A DNA stretch of 64,000 bases. Source: Camelus ferus. Taxonomy: Eukaryota. The position numbers were made by a program, and so were the translations under genes. The number at the start of each line of letters is the position of its first letter. Position 1 is the stretch's first letter. Below the pieces are notes generated by a model. It saw nothing but the letters and a program-made list of their open reading frames with translations, was not told where the DNA came from and made no database searches. Positions 50,852-63,405 of the stretch are shown in pieces. The stretch is taken from the NCBI RefSeq assembly GCF_009834535.1, contig NC_045697.1:35652001-35716000 (forward strand), given 5' to 3'.

Positions 50852-52149
50852 GGGGGGGGGGGGGAAGTCACCTGGACAGACAAAGGACCGCCAGTAGCAA
50901 TTCCTCCTTCCAGACTCAGCCCAAGACTAAGCTCTCTCTCTTATGTCCCCGGCTCCGGGAATTTCTCAAAATTCTGTTTTCTAACCCAACCTCCCTAACT
51001 ACACCTTACTCATTCCCCATTGAGCGCTTTCTCTTTGGGTGCCAGCCTTGCTCTCTGCCCACTCCCACTGGTTTCCTTATTTCCGTCTTCCCTTGCTCTT
51101 TGCTCCTCTCCCATGTCCGACTGGGACGTCAGTTCCCTTTTGTTCTGCCAGTCCTTCTTTCTCTTCCTATGCCTTGACCGACTCCTACAAACGCACAGGT
51201 ACTGTCTGAGGCCAGCCCCATCTCTTGCAGCTCCAGGCAGGAAGAGCCTTAGTCCAGGGGTGAAGTCACCCAGCAGATTCACAGGGTCTCCAGAGGCTTT
51301 GAGTCATGATGCAGTGTCTGATCATCAGGCTTTATTATTTTCACATCCTGAGAAGTGGGGCGAGTAGGGCTCGAGACTGAGAGACGTGAGTGTAAGGGTT
51401 ACAGGAAAGAAAAGAGAAGGGAGGGGAGGAAGATGGGAAGGAGGGAAAAAAGGAGACACGGGGACGAGAGAAGTTGAGGCTCATTCAAGTGACCTCGGTG
51501 GCATGTTAAAACAATTTGATGGTATAGGTGAATAATTAACAATTTGTCATGGTAGGAATAAGAGAACAGGTCTGCAGGTGCTGCTGGGTTCTTTGCTGCA
51601 GAGGGAATATTGAAATCTCAGTTACCGTGAGCAGAAGAAAAACAGCATGTGAAGAGAAAGTCCCAATTTGTAACAAAGCATGGGTTTTTCCAGCTCTCCA
51701 GCTTAAATTTCTCTCCAGGGGAACTCCAGTCCCCTCCCCCCTCCAAAAAACTTGCAATAATAATACAGTGCTTGGAAGATATATTTGAATTTCCTGTCAA
51801 TTAAAGCATTTCTTAGTCCAAGGTATTGAGAGCTGAAGCCAAAGAGAGCTACATTTTCTTGCTGAGTTTTTGGTGGTGGTGGTAAATGACATTCTATTCA
51901 CCTTCAGCTGCAGTTGACCGAATCGAGCGTCTCTTGAGCAATCTCCCTGGCATGACTGATGCAGGATAAAGGATATAGGAGACCAACATCCCCAAGGGAA
52001 ATTTGGAAAACAAGTCTAGATTCTCTCCCTGTTACACAATAGGGAAAAAACCACACAGGTCAATATAGAATTAAATAAGATAGTGCCTACCCTTTTGTGT
52101 TCCAAGTGCAAACTGCATTCATTTCCTCAGGCATGCGTTCTCTGACCTT

Positions 52150-52430
52150 TAAGGGTAGAGCAAACCACTTGTTTTCGTGGTACCTCATATATTTCCTTTT
52201 TAGCACTGATCATAGTTCGCAGTCATGACTATTTATATATTGTATTATAGATGTGTATTATAATTACATGTTTGTTTATGCGGTTTCTGAAAACTTCGTT
52301 TCTCTCTGGCTCACCAGACTATAAACTCCATAGCAAAATTGAGTCTGTTCTGCTCAACCATTGACTCTCCCAGCAACTGACACAAATGCCAGGGACTCAA
52401 TAAAGCTTTTAGAATGAAAGACAAATGAAC
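52150..52430 (+). mobile_element. L2 3' fragment
   Basis: CCAGACTATAAACTCCAT...CTCAATAAAGC. Confidence 0.6.
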
Positions 52431-52929
52431 ATGTTAAGAATCTGGAAAAAGGAAAGAGTGGACTGAACTGTTGAGGAAGATTCTATGGCTAAAATGGAAT
52501 TTGACCAGACGTCCCTTATGAGGAATTATGGAAGAAATTACTTTCACGGCTTAATACCATGAAAGTCTGGTTTCCACTGAAAAAGTATTCTGTTTCTATG
52601 TTTATGGACTCTATGAATTTTATACATCAGGATGTTTTTCTTTTTGCTTCGGCTTCTATGGAGCTTAGGACCTGTTATTCTTTTAACTGTTTCTGGCAGT
52701 GGTACGTTGCATGTTAACTAATCTTGCCTTCAAATATTTTCCTACCTTTAATTTTCTCTTACTGATTGTCTACATTTATTTATATTTTAATAATGTAAAT
52801 TATACCCCTTTAAAATGAGATTTCGTGTAAATTAATGCTTAAATAGTTATTATTGATACCCAAATTAATGTATGGCAGTCTTTATATAGTATAGATGCTT
52901 TAAAATGGGTTTTGGCATTCTTATCTAAT

Positions 52930-53409
52930 CTTTTTTTTTTTAACATTTTTTTTATTGAGTTACAGTCATTTTACAATGTTGTGTCAAATTCCAGTATAGA
53001 GCACAATTTTTCAGTTATACATGAACATACATACATTCATTGTCACATTCTCTTTCGCTGTGAGCCACCACAAGATCATGTATATATTTCCCTGTGCTAC
53101 ACAGTACAATCTTGTTTATCTATTCTACATTTTGAAATCCCAGTCTGTCCCTTCCCATCCCCGTCCCCCTGGCAACCACAAGTTTGTATTCTATGTCTAT
53201 GAGTCAGTTTTGTATTTATTTACTTATTTAGTTTTTAGATTCCACATATAAGCAATCTCATATGGTATTTTTCTTTCTCTTTCTGGCTTACTTCACTTAG
53301 AATGACATTCTCCAGGAGCATCCATGTTGCTGCAAATGGCGTTATGTTGTCGGTTTTTATGGCTGAATAGTATTCTATTGTATAAATATACCACTTCTTC
53401 TTTATCCAG
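52930..53409 (-). mobile_element. Young 5'-truncated L1, related to 2947-4090
   Basis: Poly-T, then ACATTTTTTTTATTGAG...TTCACTTAGAATGACATTCTCCAGGAGCATCCATGTTGCTGCAAATGG. Confidence 0.95.
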
Positions 53410-55089
53410 TTGTTTTATTGAAGATGCCCTCCAGGAATGATTTAACATAGATATCTAGTTGGCAGTATCTGACTGTTGGAGCTAAGATTCCAGCTAGAAG
53501 CAGCACTTTGTATGACAAACTCTCTACCACATTTCTCTGAATCCTGAGACATTATCATATGGAATCTCTAAAACCTGCAAAAATTTTGGCCAAGAGAATT
53601 TGACTTTGACTACCTTCTGCTCCCTTTGTGCTTTGATCTCACGCTACCAACTCATCTGCTGTCAATGGCTCTGTCATGTGTCATGTTCCATCCAGTTGAG
53701 GGAGCCATATTGATACTATGTCTCAGTTACAATGAAATAAAATGGTTGCTATAGTCCCTCAAGGGACAATTTTAAAGAAATTAATGTCCAACCATTCTCT
53801 GTCACCTCCCTTTGGGTTCAAAATTAAAACAATATTTTAAAAGCTTATGTTCACCCCAACCAAATAATCACAATCTGCTTTCATGAGATGGGTCTATAAT
53901 TGAGTTAGTTTGAAGAAATACAGTAAAATGCAGTCTTTAGTATTGCTTTTGTATTTTGCTATATTAAGGCATTCCAGATGGTGGCTGAATCATATATATT
54001 TGAAATCTTTCATTTATTTTCTTCAGTTTAGTAGTTAGATTGCAAAGCTTTGGGAGTATACTATATTTTTGTCAATTTTTAGCACTTCATCCAGTAATAG
54101 TTTATGAAACCACTCCTAGTAATTCTATTTTGGTTAAAAGATTCAGCAAATATTAATGTGTTCCTAAGGAAGATGTTAACGATCATTTAAGCAATTACTT
54201 TGAAAATTAATTGGGGGAGAATTATGTCAAGGACAGGCAAATTACTAAAGATTCATGACCATAGCCAAATTTAGTTTGTTTAAAGGTAAATAAGAATTTG
54301 GACAGGCCTTCTGTATATGAAACAGCATGCATCAGTGTGGTAATAATGGAAGCATTACTTATAATCCTCAACGTCTTTAAGTTAAAAAAATGTAAATATA
54401 TATTCAAACGTAGTAGAATCATAGTGTAGCCTAATGTTACATTTCTCATGGGGTCTTTGGGACATTCAGCAGGACATTTGGGTCCTATTTGCATGAGGAC
54501 CCCTTAGGCATCCTGGAAAAATACTGAAGAGATGGCATTGGAAATTTGGAATTATCGCTCTCAAAGAGTGAGGAAGAGTCTTGGAGGCTTAAGGAGTCCA
54601 GGAGTATAAGAGAGCCATGCATAGGCTCTTTTTGAGGATGGTACCTGGTCTGTGGAGAAAAGGACTTAGTGGGGCCATAAAATAGCCCCTGGCCAAGTTC
54701 TCTAAGAACATCTCTCAAGGTGAGAGTCTGTAAAAACTGAGCTTATTAACATTTTGAGAGCCAGTGATAACACTCACTAGTTGTGGGTTCATGAGCAGGT
54801 CAGCTTATAGCTGCGGCCTAATCCTTCTCCTCAAAGAGATCACTTACTCACCCCAGTGTCACTTCCTGTGACTTCCCTGTTTAAACCTCCCAAACAAGCC
54901 ATCTTCTCACCATTCGCAGAATGTTTCTTGTCTTATTCTGCCTACAGAATGGCACACAGAAACTCAGAAGTGAGGATAACTTGGAGAGCAGGGTTGGAGA
55001 GAAGGTCGTGGTAAAGGTTGCTGATGGTGACAGGCAACCTTGACTGAGAGGCAGAGTCTTGTTATTGTCGGCACGCGCCTGTCAGTAAG

Positions 55090-55300
55090 TGCCCAGACTC
55101 CACAACCAGACGGCTGTGGCTTTGAGCTGTGGTTCTAGTGGACACTAGCTTGATAACCTCTGGTAAGTTAATTACCTCTCAGTTTCCTCATTTCTAAAAC
55201 TGGGGCAGTAATAGCACCTACCCTGGAGAGTTGCCTGTATTTGTAAAGAACTTAAAACAGTCCCTGGTTCATAGGTTACACTATACACTTGTGCTTTCAA
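55090..55300 (+). mobile_element. MIR
   Basis: CTCAGTTTCCTCATTTCTAAAACTGGGG core. Confidence 0.75.
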
Positions 55301-56211
55301 TTTGAGCAGGTAACACATGTTCTTGGCTGTGTAAAGCAGTAATCTACTGGCTAGATTGACAGTGACTAGAGGACAGAAGAGACAAGAAGGTAGGAGAGCA
55401 AGCCAGCCCTGGGAAATCACCAGACATGACATATTAGGGCTTATGTTAATTACAGTGGCAGCTTCAGAAAGGAAAAGATCTGCTGGGCTTCATGAAAAAA
55501 AAAAAAAAAAAAAACAGTACGCAAAACATGATGATAGATGGTTTGGGGGGATGAGGTTGGAAATAAACTATCCTAAGCTTGTAATCTTGAGGGATTAGAA
55601 AGATGATGGTGCTGTTGACAACAACGGAGGAGTTTGGAAAGAGATGCCTGTTTCTGCAGGGAAGACAGGAAGCTTAAGCCACGTCAGTATAGAAGAAACA
55701 AATGGACCATGAGAGTTAAGCTTACTATGGTCTGTTCCTTTGACAGATGGGCTGCAGCTGAGTCAATTGTGATGCTTCGTTAGGATGTCTGAGGGGTCTG
55801 CGCTGTCCCGTGCCACGGTCTGGTGGTTTTGCCACCTATAAACACACTCTCCGTTCCATGCTTAGGTTGTATTTGTTTCTGGGGTCCTGCCTCAACCCAG
55901 AGGCATGTCATGTGATCATGTGTGAATCCTGGAGAACAGAAAGACATATTGAGCTATATGTATCTCTCCAAAGTTTAAATCAGTATGTGCTTATATCAGA
56001 AAACAGAACTTGGCTGAAAGGCAAGATGACTGTTTCGTTTTTATTTGCATCTCCTTAACGCTATGAGAGGTGTTTCTAGCTAACACTTACACAGTGATTG
56101 TTCTAAGCTCTTTACACATGTTAACTCATCTAATCGTCACAATCACTCTGAGGTAGGTCATGCGATCGTCCTCATATTAGGGGAGAAGAAATTAAGGTGC
56201 AATGAAGGCTG

Positions 56212-56700
56212 GTGCCCTAAGGTTGGTTTTAGCAGAATTCTGAGATGAAGGTTTATGTGCAAATTATTTATTAAGGAAGGGCTTGCTCCTGGGGGGACCA
56301 AAAGGGAGTAGGGGAGCAGAAAGGAGAAGAGGAGGAAACCAAACATGGGTCCAAAGGGGTCAAAGTCCCACAGAAGGAAGCATCACCCTGATTCAGCAGG
56401 GGAGCTCTGGGGTGGATGTTCTAGCTCCAGGTCACCCCAGTCCAAGGCACAGGAGCCGGACTTTCATACTCCCATGCCAGAAAGCCAGCAGCGAAGGGCT
56501 GCCTGCCCTGGGGGGATGTACTGCTGGCTCTCTGCTCCTGTCAGCAAAGTGGCTCCAGTCGGTCTGAGGCAGTCCCGCAGAGAAGAGCCACAGACACTGC
56601 CTGCTGGATGTCAAAGTACAGCAAAGGTGGGAAATTGGAGTGTGGGGTGCAGAGGGTGGGAGGCCCAGGGAGCACTGGGAGGGGAGGGCATCTGGTGGAG
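56212..56700 (-). mobile_element. ERVL LTR (LTR16-like)
   Basis: GCAGAATTCTGAGATGAAGGTTTATGTGCAAATTATTTATTAAGG (reverse of an LTR 3' end with AATAAA). Confidence 0.55.
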
Positions 56701-58879
56701 GGTGACCCTCTTGGCCTTACTCGTGCTTCAGGGCTCTGACAGTGTCTATCACATAGCTGAAGGGGCTCAATCCAGCTTAATCTGTCAATTTGACTCAACC
56801 TTGGATATGCTGATAGGTCTAAGATATGCAAATCTATGCCTGTACACACATACGCAAAAGCCCGCGCACTGAGAAACGAGAAGTTGACTCAGCCCAGATG
56901 TTACATGTCAGATATCATAAACTGGTGACTCATGAGTTGAATGCAGTCTACAGACATTCTTGGTTTGGCCCTGTCTGAGTTTTTAGGTTGAATTAATAGC
57001 CAGTATTTTAAAACTGGGGAGACTTCGCTCAAAACTCCTGAGGCTTGACTTCTCCCCGTGTTCTTAACTCACATAACTGAGTGGAGCTGAGAAGTAGATG
57101 GTGCCTCTTGAATCAAGGCATGTGCTGTGCAGTCTGTCACACCATTTACAGCCTCTGCTTATCACCCCAGCCAGCATCTCTGCTCCATGTCATTTGTCCA
57201 GCTCCTAAGGATGCTGAAATTTGCAACTTCTGTTATATGTGATTTCTGGACCATGACAACTTTCACTGGATTCTTGAGACGGGCTACTCATATCAGGTTT
57301 TCATAACTTTTTTCCTGTTTCTACTTAGAGGTTTTTGACTATTGTGTGCCCATTCAGAGGAAGTATAGTATTAGGTTAATTCAGTTAGCATAGACAACAG
57401 CCAAACCAGGTTGGTGTTTAATGACCTGAGTCAGCGTTCTCCTCATTGAAATTAACACAGAAATTGTTACACACAAACCATCCTTTTCTTGTTGTGCGAA
57501 GCATACACTGTTAAGAATACACAAAATTGGTAGGTAGCCAATTTCCAATGGTTTCTTGTTCAGATAATGGTGTCCTAATAAATCTCTCAGCAAATTCCAA
57601 TATCTTCATTTTCTATGTCAAAGGAAACAGATTTGAAAATGAAATCCTGAGCCGGATGGGAGTTTAAGTAAATTATAGTAATTTTCTGGTTGAACAAATA
57701 ATTACCATGTTTGAAAAATAACCATCATTTCCCTCGAATTAAAGCCTTTTCCTTGCTTTTAGGATTCCAATGAAAACATATATTAATGGGTCAAATCTTA
57801 AAACTGAAGGCCTGGGAAAATCCTTAAGTTCTAAATACCACACCCCCATCTCAATTAAAATTTTCTGAACTGTCCTCTTGGACATTTTTTCCCCCTAACC
57901 AACGCAACCTGAAAAGATCAGATTTCATAATGAACTATTAAAAATCTTTCCTTTTTTTCCAGAAGGTTTAATGCTGATTTTAGGTCAGAGGAAGGGCAAA
58001 TGTCTGCTCTCTTCGCTTGCTCTTTAAGTTACAGTTAAAGGAGTGGAGGTTTTGTTTTTTTAAAACATATGAGGGCAATGACCTTTTCACCAGTAAAAAT
58101 GCTCTAGGCAAGTTCATTAAACAAATCATAATTCCCCTAGATGAATAAGGAAACTTATATTTCCCCCTAGATATTTTGGCCTGTTCATATAAATTTACTT
58201 TTTAGTGTGTAGTTATTATTACATTGTATTCAAAATAAGTCGACCTTGTAGTACTTTAACTATGAAACCTTAACATTTTTAAAAAGCGTTGGGAAAGATT
58301 GAAATCAGTTCAGAAGTCTGAGTTGGGGCTTCGGTTATCCCCAAATAAATTTTTTTCTGAAACCCAAATGGAAGCCAATGTTCTCTCCCATAGAGCTCTT
58401 TCACTCCGTAGATGTGAAGATGGCTGCCTCCCTGGAGTTGTTCATCTTTTAAGTTCTTTCCCATTTATCTGGCTTTCCTCCTGGGCTTTTTGCTGCTTTG
58501 TTGTTTCTGCTATTAAATGAGCAAACTTAAAATTAGATGCTTGGTATCTGCCTGCAGTGTAAAATATACTGGAGGAAAAAAAACCCTAAGACTTTTTCAG
58601 GGGAGATATATACATATATATGTATTTGGAAAAGGGGGAGAAGGATATTTGTTTGTTACTTTCATATCACCATTTTTGCTAGGGAGTTGGAGTTTTCTAA
58701 TTTGTGGTTTTAGAGGCTAAGGTAGCACAAACTTAGGGAGGGAATACTCAATCAGAATTTCCCCAGGAATCAGATCAGATCATGCCCCCTCTCTTCTCCC
58801 AAATGAGGAGTGGCCATCTTATTTGCATTTGGAGGATGTCTTTCAGTGTCCTCTGAAGCTGGGGAGGCAGAACTGTGAA

Positions 58880-59095
58880 TGCAGAGAGGAGTTCTGCAGA
58901 AGAGAGAGGTCTGAGGTGGAAGAAGTCTTCTGTTTTTGTCCTGCTCTGTCCCTCACTAGGGTGTCATCTTGGGAAAATCATTAAATCCATCTTTCTCCAG
59001 CTTCAGTTTCCCATTTGTCAAATGAGATTGATAATTTCTCTGCTTTGCTCTCAGGGTTGTTGCAGAAGGAATCAAGTGAGCTGTTATAGAAGAAA
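58880..59095 (+). mobile_element. MIR
   Basis: CTTCAGTTTCCCATTTGTCAAATGAG core. Confidence 0.7.
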
Positions 59096-59226
59096 GCCCT
59101 TAACTTGAGGACATTAATTGCTATAGTTTCTCTTGACCTATAGTAATACGTAAATATTTTGCTTTTTGCTTTTTAGCATATATAGCAATGAAGAGTATTT
59201 CATTTCATAGATGGTCATCTTGTCTT

Positions 59227-59245
59227 TGTCCACTAGATGTCAGTA
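59227..59245 (+). promoter_or_regulatory. CTCF-binding motif
   Basis: TGTCCACTAGATGTCAGTA fits the CCASYAGRKGKCRS core and lies in non-repeat DNA. Confidence 0.55.
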
Positions 59246-59859
59246 GAGCTCTATGGTTCAACCAGTACTGCTCCCTGGTTGGGACGATCTGTTCTTGGAA
59301 AATTTTCCAAAGCAAACTCTGTGCTTTTTTGCATTTTTTTTTTTTTAACCAAATGGCCATGAATTAATGTGTCCTTGCTCCACACCCACCCTTATATCCA
59401 TCCCAGTAGAATCTGCTTGCGGCACAATTTTCTGCCTTATTGTAACTTCCCTCTCTTCATTTCCTGGAGGAATTTCTACAAAATCATTCCTTTTCAAGAG
59501 CTCCTTTAGTAGAATATGTGGGAAAAAAACTGAAAGAAACCCTACTATAAAGTAAACTCACAAAATGATTTAGATTAGTTATTGCAAATGAATTTAGTGC
59601 TTTTAAAATTAAATATCACTTTGAGAAATCCTATTCACGTTTACTTTTCCTCACTATCCTGTTATCATTGCCCCTATTTTAGTTTTGTTTGTTTGTTTTC
59701 GCTCTAATTGAGAAATAAAGCAGAAATACCCAGTGGTGCTTTGTCTTCCCCAGAAATGCTTAGTGGACAAATCCTGTTTTTCAAAAATGCTGACTGTCTC
59801 TAGAGGGAAGAAAAATAAATCCCTTGGAAATGTACCTATTCCTGCTTCCTAGAAATAGC

Positions 59860-59898
59860 TAAAAAGCTCAAGTTAAAGTTAAAAAGCTCAAGTTAAAG
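59860..59898. repeat. Tandem duplication, 20-bp period (TAAAAAGCTCAAGTTAAAG x2)
   Basis: Read directly from the sequence. Confidence 0.95.
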
Positions 59899-60309
59899 CA
59901 TATGGTTTTCGGGCTGTTGCAAATTCTTTGGCAAGAGTTATGTTCTTTCCAAAATACAGACCCAGCTGCGAAGCTGGTCCTCGTTTTTACTGGCTTCTTT
60001 CGTTACAGCAGAGTTCGCTAATTTAATTGCTTTTTGACTTTTAACTTGAAAATCATTTATAAGTATAAAAATTAAGAAAGTGCAAGATGTTTTCAGGATT
60101 TGGTTTTTGTCTAAGAATGAAGGGAACTTAAAATATTGAGTGTCTGAAATTTTCCAAGATCTCTGTGTTACATTCAAACCTAGGGATTTAAAAGTTAAAT
60201 TGCTTTGAAGAGACATGCTATTCATTTTAAAATATCACTTCAAAAAATCATTAATATCTACGCACATAAGGTGATTCAACAGTGTTGCATTCCATTCTGT
60301 ACGGTTGCT

Positions 60310-61800
60310 GTCAGCTGGAATCATTTTTCCTGGACGTCTATGACGAGATAGGCATTATCTCATGAGATGCTGAAGATAAAAGATAAGCAAATCCAGCCCT
60401 CCTGGAGCTTACAGTCTAGTGGGGAATACAAATATCAATCATGTAACCACACAAAGAAATGGAAAACTGCCAATCTGACCCCCTCCAATTCCCTGTGGTT
60501 TTAATTACCGTCTCTGGAACACGCGTATTTATGGCTCCAGCTTAGACTTTCCAAGCTCCAGACTATTCCAATTTAATTTGTCTTCTTGGATGCCTAAGAA
60601 ACCTCGAAATCAACATATCTAAGACTGAACTCATCATCTACCCATTCAAACCTACTCTTTCAAGCATCCCTGTCTCCGTTCCACCCCCCTGCTTTATCTG
60701 TTTTTTGAGTACTTCATCATCCTGACGTTTATGTTTATTTGTTTATTGTTTGTTTCCCATCCTAGAATGGCAGCTCCATGACAGAGACATTGTCTGTTAT
60801 GTTCAGTGACCTACAACTATGCTCCTGTACCTAGAACAGAACTTGACAGTTGGTAGGTGCTCAATAAAAATTTGTTGGATGAACGCATTCATGAAGTACT
60901 GTCAGAAGTACTCAGTTTTCTGAGATCCTTTACTAGAAGAGGTTGATCTCGTCAGGGAGGTCAAGAAAGGCTTTCTTGCTGAAGTGATGCTTGAGCTGGG
61001 AAGAAAAGTAGGCACTGGTTAGGCTGAGAGAGGATGGAAGATCATTTAAAGCGATAGATGCAAAGACCCTGTGGTGAGAGGGAGAGTGAAAAAGATAAAG
61101 GACAGAAAGAAGGCCTGAAGGGACAGAGGAAGAGAAACCAAGTGAAGTAAGTCTGCAAGATGAACCAGGAAAGGAAGGAGGCCAGACCATACAGGATCCT
61201 GTAGGCTGAATTAAGACACCAAGATGTTATCTTTATTCTAAAAATAATGAAAAATCATTTGAGTATATTAAACAGGGAGGTGACTTAATCAGATCTGAAA
61301 AGATTACTCTGACTTCAGTGTGGAAAATGGATTGGAGAAGGACCTTGAATGAATTTGGGAAACCCAGCTAAAAGGCAGCAGTGGTCCAGATGGGCACTGT
61401 GGGTAGTTCGAACATAAGTGCTGTTGGTGAGGATTGGAGTAGATGCAGGCAGGAATAGATGTTTCCATTGCAATTTAAAAGGTGAAACCAATGATATTTG
61501 GTGAAGAGTTAGAAAAAAGGTGAGGGAGAAGCTGTCAGGGTGGAGCTGAAGTTTGTGGCTTGGACAATGAGATGGTGAAATGGCGATGCTTAAAAGAGGG
61601 TCAGGTTCGAGAGGGAAGATGATGAGCTCAGTTTTAATCGTGTTGATTTCCAGGTTTCTTAGGCATCCAAGAGGACATATTAAGTTGGAGATGGCCCAGA
61701 GCTTGGACAGGCTGGGCTGGAGCTGCAAATATGTGACAGTCCCAGAGATGATAATTAAAATCATGGGCCAGAGAATAGACTAAGATGAGGAGAGACTTGC
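60310..61800 (-). mobile_element. L2 element, interrupted at about 60480-60895 by an oppositely oriented L2
   Basis: CCTGGAGCTTACAGTCTAGTGGGG near the 3' end; ORF 61315..61764 contains LEINTIKTELIIFP, resembling the L2 RT motif LKLNMSKTELLIFP. Confidence 0.8.
60490..60895 (+). mobile_element. L2 (RT-region piece plus 3' end) nested in the opposite orientation
   Basis: Ends GTAGGTGCTCAATAAAAATTTGTTGGATGAA. Confidence 0.8.
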
Positions 61801-62139
61801 AGTTTCACATACAGATCTCTGGTTGTAGGTGAAGTCTGATGAAATGCAGACAAAGCCCTGACGTAAGCTGGCAGGCCTGTCACCCATGCCCACAGCTGAA
61901 GAGCACTGGATGACATCTGGTGCTCCGTGGACCGTAGACAGCAACCTTCTAGACCTCCCTAGAGTCAAGTACAGCTGAGAATCAACTTCCTCTTCCTCCT
62001 TATCAAGGGGCAGAAGAGAAAGTCTTGTGGACTTTTTACCATGAGAAAGTATTTTACCAAGCCTACCCTTTAAAACATTCTTTCTTTATGGTACGTCTGT
62101 GTGTATTCAAAAAATAATACCACTGTTGTAATGAAATAT

Positions 62140-62263
62140 TTTTGTTGGGGGGAGGTAATTAGTTTCATTTATTTATCTATTTGAATGGAGATACTGGGGA
62201 TTGAACCCAGGGCCTCATGCATGCTAAGCACACACTCTACCACTGACCTATACCCTCCCCCCC
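62140..62263 (-). mobile_element. Vic-1-type SINE
   Basis: Reverse GGGGGGGAGGGTATAGGTCAGTGGTAGAG...GGGTTCAATCCCCAGTATCTCC...AATTACCTCCCC. Confidence 0.92.
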
Positions 62264-62349
62264 AAACATATTCTTTTTTAAGCATATGCTTGTGATTTTA
62301 CATAGGCAGTTGATTAGACACTTGAAAATTAAAATTATGTTCGCAGCTC

Positions 62350-62540
62350 ACATTAACTGAAGCGCTACTATGAGCCGAGGGCTGTTCTAAGGGCCTTATG
62401 ACACTTACTACCTTTACGTCACCCTAGGAGGTAGCTACTATCAGTTCCATTTGACAGATGAGGAAACCAGCACAGCAAGGTCAGGAATCTGGGTCAGGGT
62501 CACACAGCTGATAAGTAGCAGAGCAAGGATCTTAGCCCAG
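62350..62540 (-). mobile_element. MIR
   Basis: CCATTTGACAGATGAGGAAAC...GGTCACACAGCTGATAAGT. Confidence 0.75.
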
Positions 62541-63345
62541 AAGTCTCCTTTGGAGGAAATACTCAGAATGACTGTGCCAGATGATATTAAAAATCCACCA
62601 TGCACATCTTAAAATGTTTTGTATTTTAAATTAGACTGAAAGCCTTTACTAGGACTTTGATGAACTACTTAGTGATTCGTAGATTCTGGTGACCATTAAA
62701 AACCTGTTCAGGCTTGCAACCCTGTTTCCCAACCAAATTCCCTTTGGGTTGTCTGGGATGGAAAAGCCCCCAAAAGGCCACTCTGGCCCCTGGGTCCGTT
62801 CTGCCTTGTGGAATAATATGTGATTCCCTGATCAAATTTTAATATAACTGCTTTGGTGTCTCTTAGTCATAGTAGAGAGATCATTTTCTCAACTTGAAAC
62901 AGAGGTGAGTCCAGACATGAGGGCACAGGAAAAACATTAAGCAAAATTCCCCATAAAAAGGAAGGTGGAAGATTTGGTGGTTTATGTCATCTGGCAAAAC
63001 TTTGGAGGAGATGTCACAGCCATTGTGGAAATAACACCTGAAATCCCAACAATCAAACAGGCAACGACGCCTATCATACAGCCACTCCCAGGTGTTCATC
63101 CGAGTCCCCCGTCTGGGCACAAAGGGGACATCAGGGGAGACACAGGAGACCCAGGGTCAGACCCCCGTCTCCCTCCCTCTTCCCTTGTTGCCGGCTCCGG
63201 ACCACACCCCCTCCCCTAAGTACAGCTCCAAATCCTGCAACATTGTCTGTCCCTCCAGCCACAGGACCTGGTAAGGAAACTAAAGTGGAAATTAATTTTT
63301 ATTTCAATCCAGAGCAAAGGAGGGAGAAAAATGGCTAGAAAAAGA

Positions 63346-63405
63346 CATTATGCTGTACACCAGAAATTGACACATTGTAACTGACTATACTTCAATTAAA
63401 AAAAA
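63346..63405 (+). mobile_element. Ultra-short L1 3' stub
   Basis: TATGCTGTACACCAGAAATTGACACATTGTAACTGACTATACTTCAATT plus A tail; short AAAAAGA flanks. Confidence 0.8.

Noticed and set aside
56345..56872. 175-aa ORF
   Set aside because: Lies largely within a GC-rich LTR remnant, with no recognisable domain or splice framing
61315..61764. 149-aa ORF as a gene
   Set aside because: Degenerate L2 reverse-transcriptase remnant
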